Part shown: one piece after another, positions 47,696 through 56,600 of the stretch
How the letters are laid out: every line of letters begins with the position of its first letter
Position numbering within the stretch: the stretch's first letter is position 1
From: a virus
Taxonomy: Duplodnaviria; Caudoviricetes
DNA: 59,562 nucleotides
Strand: one strand, 5' to 3'
Virus record (IMG/VR): IMGVR_UViG_3300020442_001061
Location: 1 to 59,562 of that record
Notes under the pieces: generated by a model
What the model was told of the DNA's origin: nothing
Databases searched by the model: none
The model's input: the letters and a program-made list of their open reading frames with translations, nothing else
Position numbers and translations under genes: made by a program

Positions 47696-50600
47696 TTAGG
47701 TAACGCCACCTCTCCGTTTCGTATGAACCTAGCAATATCATTTTCCTGTAAATGTAGGGCAGTTCCCACGTCTGTCCAACGTTGACCAATGCGTCTAATC
47801 ACAGTTATTTTAGTATTTATTGCCGGTGTATCAGTTAATGTAAGTGTAGATGTTACTCCATCAACACTGAATTCAGCAGGTGATGTTGTATCACCCTCTG
47901 GACTATCAAGGTCTGTAAGCGGGTTGAATACAGATATTGCATTTTTGCGTAATCTTTTACCTGCTACGTATACCTCAAATTCGTTAACATTTTTTGGTAT
48001 AAAGTCTAGTGTTACAGCATTTGTTGAGCCATCTGCTGTAAAGTTTTGTACCAATTGCTTGTCTTTGTAAGGCACAGTTTGTTTATTGCTTTGATCAAGC
48101 ACTGGAGTACCTGATTTGTGTAATGTAGCAATACCTGTACCTAGTGTACCTCTTCTTAATTGTCTTAGCAAACCATCTTCTTTTAGATAATATTCAATAC
48201 GTTCACCATTTATAAAGATAATACCTGGAATACTTCTTTCTTTGTTTGGCTCTGGTAAAGTATCTGAATTTGTTACACTAATATTAGTATCAAAATAATT
48301 TAAGTCTTTTGCTAGTTGATATGTTGTAACATCACCTAAACGTTTGAAATGATATCTGTTTAGCATATCTTTAAACTGACTGTAACCAAACTTAGGTATA
48401 GCAACAGGATTACTAAAGTGTATAACTTCTAATTCATCATCTGCGGCAATATCTATTTCAACTCTTAAAGTTCTTCTATCTTCAAGCACACTATATTCTA
48501 CACTTGGTGTTAACAATGTGCCATTTCTTGTTAACCAAACGTAATCTGTGTCAAGTGCTTTATCACGCAACTTGATAAATCCGTTGGTTAATTGATGGTA
48601 TTCTACATAATCATCTGTGCCAACTGTTACAGTTGTAAATGTTTTAACTTTGTAATTTTGTCTTTCAATTTGCAATGGATCATGGTTAGCAAAAGTATAT
48701 ACTCTAACTTTTTCACCACTTGTTGGTGCAGTATCTAAATGTATCTGTGTTGGTGTTTCAACATAAACATTATTACTGTCAAAGTAACCAAAGTCAAATT
48801 CGCCATGGTCAATAATGAAAACATCTAATGTATCACCAATCTGTCCTGTATCAACAAATAGTTCAACTGTATTATTAAATCTATTCCAACGATATGTTTG
48901 GTTAATAGTTTGTTCAACATTATTAATAAACACTTTTACAGTTTCTGCTGGAATACTTGCTTGAGCAAACTGCCATTTAGTTACTTCGTATTCTCTAGTT
49001 GCACTAATTGTAAACTGTTCGTTGAAACCTGCTTTTAATATTTTATTACCAACTTGAACAATAGTATTATGTTGTAAAGGTTTTTTGTTGAACGGTGCCG
49101 CACCTAATGTAAATGCAGTTGTACAACCGTCACCTGTAAATTCATCTGTTGTTACTGAAGCAAAACTTTTTACTTCACTGTCGTAAATCACATACTGTAT
49201 AATTGTACCTGGTTCTGGTGCTACTGATAATCTCAATAATGTTAAACCTTTGCTTTCATAACTAGCATCTGTTTCTGCCAATACAGCATCAATTGTTTCA
49301 CCATCTTTAGTAATGTAGAAACTTAAATTATCTTTCCATTTTACAGATGTAACAAATACTGAAGTACTTCCATCTCCTTCAAATGTATCACTATCTAAAA
49401 TGTTTTCACCATTTGTACTCATTGTAATAATGTTAACAGGTTGTCCTGCTGTTAGTGTTACATCTTTTAATGTTAATTCTTTTGTTTGATAGTTAACACT
49501 CCATTTACTTGCGTCTAAAATATTTCCATTTGCTTTTACAAAAATATCTCGCTGACTTGCAGGATAACTGTTTAACTTGAATGTGTAACTGCCTTCATAT
49601 GTGTAGTTGTAATTTTGTATTACACTACCACCATCAACTGTTCTGTCATAAACTTTAATGTTTACACTATCAAGTAATTGTCCTGGAACTAATTCTTCTG
49701 GACCATGTGATGTAGTTGGCGATACAAAGTCATCACCATCTATTACAATTTCTTCTGCATTGATACCACGTGCATTTTGATATGCCATATCACCACCTGA
49801 TAACAATGTATCATAAGCATCTGGATCAGGAATAAATGATCCATCACTTGAAGATTTTCTAATTATAATTACATCATTTGCTTTAGTTGGAATCTTATCA
49901 TTGTCAACTAAGAAAGTAGTTTGTACTCCATCACCTGTAATAGGATTCATTACAGCATTTGGATTTTCTGCAACACCTGTTGTACTACCATCGTAGTTTG
50001 GATCATCAAGTCTTACAAAACCTTTGGCTGGATTTGCACTATCTTTATAGTAAACATTATATTGTACTCCGCTTTCTAGTGCTTTAGAAAGTGTCAATGA
50101 TAGTGTACTTCCATCTAATTGGAATACTTCATCGTCATAGGTATTATCATATGAATCATATGAAGTTGTGTAGTAAGGCTCATTACCCCAACCTGTTCCT
50201 GTACCAAAGTTGAAACTCTTAACTTCTACTCCACCATAATCTATACCATCTAATAATTGTGCAACATCTTTTCCTAATTGTCCAGTTACTGGATTATAGA
50301 ACAAATTAATTCTATCTTGTGCTTGTAACATATCGATTGCTTTTTTGTATGTTACTACAATGCTAGAATTATTTGCAGGTGGATTATTAAATTCTATTCT
50401 ACCTTTGTATCTAGTGTATGACTTGTCATTGTATGCAATATTACTAACTGCATAGTCACTTTTTAAAACTTCAATATTATCAACACTAATGCTAAATTCT
50501 GTGCTTCTTAAATCCATAGGATAAGTCAAATCGAAGATTGTTTTACTATTGTTACCTGTAAATGTTTCATTATTATTAAGTGTAGTAACAAAATATGTGC

Positions 50601-53600
50601 CTGTAACTCTATCAAATTTAACTCTTACGTGTACACTTCTTGCTTTACTATTACCTAGTACTGCTGAAGCCTTAGCCGCTATACCGTCAGTAGTAGATAA
50701 AGAACCATCTATTTCTACAAGCGGAGCACTTAAATAACCTTTACCTGTGTTTGTAATTTCTATACTTACTACACTACCACCAACACCAAGTTTAGCAATA
50801 CCTTTGGCACCTGTTCCGCCGCCGCCAACAAATCTAACAACTGGTATATCTTGATAACCTTTACCGCTGTTTGTTATGTTGACATTTGTAATTTCAAATC
50901 CTACATTATCTGCCCAATACTTGTTTGGATAGTTACTTGTTACACCACCTGTACTAATAATAACATTATCTCTGACCTTCATAGCACCTGGCTCTATTCT
51001 TTGTGAAACATCATCATAAGCAGGCGGTACATCAAAGTCAGTTACAGTTGAATTTGTATCATCTTTTTTAGTATAGTTACTTAGGTATTCTCTAATTTTT
51101 GTTTTGTAAGGTTTAGTTTCTTTTACAAATTCTTCATAACTAGGTAAGTTATCATTTTGGAATGTAACTTTTTGTTCTAAATCTCCTGCATTGTGTTTTG
51201 CTTTAATGAAAGAAGTTTTAAACGCCCAATCAATATTTGCTTGTTCACTAAACGCATATCTAACACTTGCAACAAATAATTTGTTGTATTCAACTTCTAA
51301 TCCTTCAACAAATATATCATCTCTAATTGCTTCTAAGATTTTTCTTAATTCTATTGTTGGCTGATTGTCATAGAAACTAGTATCATAACTTAATCCATCA
51401 AAACCAACATTACTTGTTTTAGGATCGTATAGTGCAACTTTAAATTGTATAGTACCATTTTGTCTACCAATGGTTGTGTAATTAGTAGTGTAATCAACAG
51501 CAACGTTGTCACTAGTTTTTTCTAATAACAACCAACCACCAGTTCCAACATTATTAATTTTAATAATATCACCAATGCTGTCATTTAAACTTGTAAGTTG
51601 ATATGATTCGTTTACAACTTCGTCTACTGTTGTAAATTGATTATATCCTTTTGCATACCAATCAGCATATTCCCACCATTCAGAAACATCATATGACTGT
51701 GTGCTAAATCTATTATATGCCCCAGTGGCTTTATTATATTCATACACTGACCATTTATTAGAAACAGTACTATCGCTTTTTACTAAGGCGCTAAATGTTC
51801 TAACAGTAATTTGCGTTGTTGACGCATATTCTTTACCTGGATTTCTAATAGTTACTGTTGCTATTCCACCATTAGCATTTAATGTCATTTCAATCTGTGC
51901 ATTTACACCGTCACCTATTTGTATAAATTCAATAGTAGGAACAGTTTTGTATCCGCTACCTGGATCAGTAATAGTAACGTCTGTAAGTCTACCATCAGTA
52001 AATGTTGGTGTAAGTATTGCTTGTTTTACTTTAGCAACACCAATGAATCCTAATTCTTCTATTGTATCAACAGCAATATCAAAACGTCTACTTAAAAGTG
52101 TAGGCTGTGGATCTTTATCTAATAATTTTGTAAAGTCTAATTCATCAACAATTAAGTTTTCTTTTAGAACTCTGTTTATTCTTTCAATAGTTTGTTTAAG
52201 TGCTTCAGGTCTATTTTTAAACATAGACTGCCTAGGTCGATTCAATACACCCCATTTTTGTTTTTCACTTAATTCAGGATCAGGTACAGGTCTATTCATA
52301 CTGTCTGAGCCTATTAAACTATCATACCATTTACGTTCAATATCTTGATTTGGTTTACTTGTTTTTAGTCCTTCACTAATCAACTGATATTCGTTGTGCA
52401 AGTCTACACTTTGATTATCTATTGTCCAGTAACGGAAATTAATTGCCTTCTTAGTTCCTTCTACAAGAGATTTACAATTATAAAGTCCAAATCTATCGTT
52501 ACCATAAATTGCAACGAACTTATAGTTTTGTCCTGCAGGATCTTGAATTAATTGTGCAACATCAAATGCAGTTGTTTTTCTAAATGTAACTTGCGGTAAA
52601 ACTTTTTTGTTTTTTACCCAATAATAATATTTGTTATAAAAGTTACCTGATACATTATCGTATAATCTTTTAGTTACAAACGCGGCTGAACCATAAGCAG
52701 AAGTACCACTTATACCTTTTACTAATCCTTCTTCTGTATCAGCAGTTGCGTCCCAACGTTCTGGAGTTAAGTCTGTTTCTACCCATTCATATACATCTAC
52801 ACTACTTCCTGTAAACATTTTATTGAAGTTTGCAGTATTGTAAATTATGTTACCTTGATAGTTATCGATCCATTTTACTTTACTAATATCCCACCATAAT
52901 CTACCAACGTGTTCAGTGCCCCAATAATTTTCTGAGTCAACATTTAATCCGTTTGTTGCTGTTGTGTAAATTGCAGGATCATATGGTACTTTAAATCTTA
53001 TTTCTTCATCGGCCGGTCCAGCAATTTTTCCTTGTACAGGGTCAATATAATCTAGTTGATTATTAAATCCAGTGCCATCTTTATTGTAAATGAATACGCC
53101 TTTAAATTTAGTTAGGTCAACTTGACTAATAGGTTCTCTTAAAGTTTCCCAAGGTAATTTTAATCTATCACGTTTGAAATCAATTACTGTACCAATAAAG
53201 TTTTGTTCTGCGTTTACATTTAACTCAGGCATTGAAACATACACGTGATTATCTCTTGCAAGAATAAACTCACCAAATCTTTCTACATTTGGATTATTGT
53301 ATGCAAATTTTTCTGCATATAACATTGAACCACCAACTAACTGATAAACAAAAACCTGTCCACTATCTTTATTAGTGTATTTGAATTGTGTTAAGTTATT
53401 ATCAAAAGTTGTTGTAATACTATCAAACGTTGTAAAACTACTTAGGTCTCCACCTTGTGCAGAAACCATCAATGTACCTTTAGCAAAGTCTAATGCTTGA
53501 CCAAATCTTTCTGCTACTGTATTATCTGGACTATACAGTAATTGATGTAATGTAAACACATTATCTGTATTTTTATACAAATATACTTTACCGTTATCAT

Positions 53601-56600
53601 TTGATTTTTCATCATCTAAAGGTGCACCTACTGCCAACCAGTCGCCGTCATCACTAACACTTATTGCACTAGCAAATTTTGTATCTGGTGCTTGTACTCT
53701 AAAATCTGTATTATTGTTATCAAACTGAGTTGTATCTTGATCAAAGAAAGTGTTTATTACAGCATCTGGTGTTGCAATAGTTTGATAAAATTCAAAATGT
53801 CCATCATTGTATCTGTATATACCTATCTGTGGATACTGATCTGTGTAGTCTGCTACTGTAACTATTACGTCACCGTCTCTGCTTGTTGTAAACGGATGTG
53901 CAAAGTTTACCATAGTTGAACTACTATCAAATTCATTAAAGATTTGATCACCTGTTACAGTTATGTTCAGATCATTTGGAATATATCCTATGTAATCTAC
54001 ACCTGTATTAAGCACTGACCAATTTGAATTAGCAAACGCACCTGCGGCCTGATTGGTTAAACTTCTAAATAATGATCCGTTATAAATTACTATTTCGTCT
54101 GTGTAATAAGGTTCATTGCTGTCAAATGCACCTCTAAAGTTTCTGTCTTGACCATTATCCCATTCATATTCAGTTGTACCTTCAAAACCTTTTTTAACAA
54201 AATGTATTCTACCTGCATTAGTAGGTGTTGCATCTCCTGGAGAAGATACAAACAATCTATACAATGTATCTTTTTTACAAAGTTCAATTTGATTGCCTAA
54301 GAATGCGTTATTGTGTCTTTGTAAGTTTACATAACCTTTATTAAATTTGTATTCACCTGATCCTGTTTTATTATAAACAAAATACATACCTTCGTTTGTA
54401 AACGTACTTGCTGTACCTTCAGAGTCTGCAGGTAAATTATATAATTGCGTCCAGTCTTTGTTTAATGGATTAGGAATATTTGCAGATCTTGGTACACCTG
54501 TAACAGTTCTGTTTTTGTAAAACTGCATTTCAACTTCATTTCTAAAACTTGGAGATGCAATTTGTAACAACGTACTATCGTTGTTTCTTACAACTATCAT
54601 TTTACCTAAATAATTAGTTGTTAAATCTGTTGCTTCAATCCTACCACTTAATCTATTAAATCCTAAACCTGTTACAATACTTAAATTACCAGTTGCATTA
54701 AAATTATTTCCATAACTAAATGTTCCTGTCATATTTTTAATGTATACTCTAGCACCTAATAAATTATCTTGTACAAATGCTACTTCACCAGTTGCCCCAG
54801 TAAAATCTTCAATTACAGTTTCACCAACCTGTGGAATAAATGGTTGTGAAGCCGGAGGAGCACTAAAGTTTGTGTAAGTAATATCAATAAATCCGTCCCA
54901 TAAATCATAAACTGTATGTGGTTGATCTAAATAATCAAAACTTAAACCTATTGCACTTGGATCCCATACTGTTGCAGGATCTCCGCCTAGTAATCTATTA
55001 ATTTTAAATGTAAAATTATCTGCTACACTTAAATTATCTGTAACTACCTTTGGTGCTCTAACAAACCAATATGGTTGTAATTGTGGCATACCAAATGTGT
55101 CATAGTAACTTAGGTTACCTATTCTACCGCCTCTAGTTGGATTGTTAATATCTTGATTAGCAGTATAAACATCATCCATTGTATTGCCATATACTTCTGC
55201 TGTTTTACTTTCAGCACTTGTTATATAATCTGCAATAACTAAATTAGGAATTGTAATTTCTTTTGTTGCAGTAGTAAATGATTGTAAACCATCTATTACC
55301 CACCAACCACCAAATGTATCACTTGGGTTAGCAAAACTTACTTCCTCGTAAGTACCCATGCTTTCACTATTATATATTAAAGTGCCTGTAGGATCGAATT
55401 GGCCATTTACATCTTTAACATAAATTAATCCCTGACTTACATTATCAACTATGACTCTTTCAACTGTACCTATAGCAGTAGTTGTAGAAATAATATCCCC
55501 AGGTTGCGGTGTTCTTAACAAGTTATCTACAAAAAGAATATTGTCAATTTTTCCTGTGATAGTTTTAGTGCCTTCAAAATCATTTAGAGCAGGACCTGTT
55601 TGACCAAAAGGTAAAGTTCCGTTAGGATAATTTTGTGAATACTGATTCCATTGAATATCTATTTTATCACTTACTGCTGATCCAATGTATTGTACCCTTG
55701 GTGCTCTAATTAAGACATGAGTAGTAGCACCATCAAATTTATAATTACCTCTAATAGCATATACAGTAGTAGGATATCCTGTTGCATTATCATATGCGGC
55801 GTGTTCTACATCATGTGAAGTATAAAAACTGTTAAATGTGTATGTTCCAAGTGCCGCTTCAATATCATAATTTGCCTGCCAAATCTGCTCCTTGTATGAC
55901 ACAATATCTTTAGGTGCGTATGTGCTTGCCTGTGAATATGTTTCTACAAATTTAGTTTTTACATTACTTGCCGTAGGTGCACCTATTACAATAAACTCTG
56001 CATCTGCACTGATAGAAAGTGCCTTACCAAAACTACCATCACCTGTGTATAAATTTTGTGGCGGCTCTATAGTTTGAATATGAACATAACCAACTGTATC
56101 TGTATATCTTTTAAAAATGTAAACTTTGTTACCTTCAAAAGCACCTACACAAAGTACGGTATTTCTTTCATCAGCGGCAATAACTTTACCAAACTCTTGT
56201 GCATTATCTCCTGCTTCTACATTAGAAATAATCTGTTGGCTTGTAAACTGTGGAGTATTTTTAAGCACTAACCAATTTGAATTAGCATCTTTATCAACCC
56301 ATAAAGTTTCTCCAACTTTTAAGTTTTGATTTGACAAAATAATATTTGCATTATCAAAGTCTGGTGCTTTAGCAGTTCTAAACTCTGTTATAAATCCGTT
56401 AGCAGTTTCTACTTCTTCTGTTTCGCCATTAGCATGACAGATAATATCTTTTAATTCTACACTTTTAACTTTGTAAAATTTTTCTGCGCCTGTTACGTCT
56501 ACTAAACCTATAATTTCATCTACATCAAATCTTGCTTGTTCATTTAGTGTAATTACAACATCTGTATCACGTTTTGCAACTGCTAAAACTCTGCTATCTG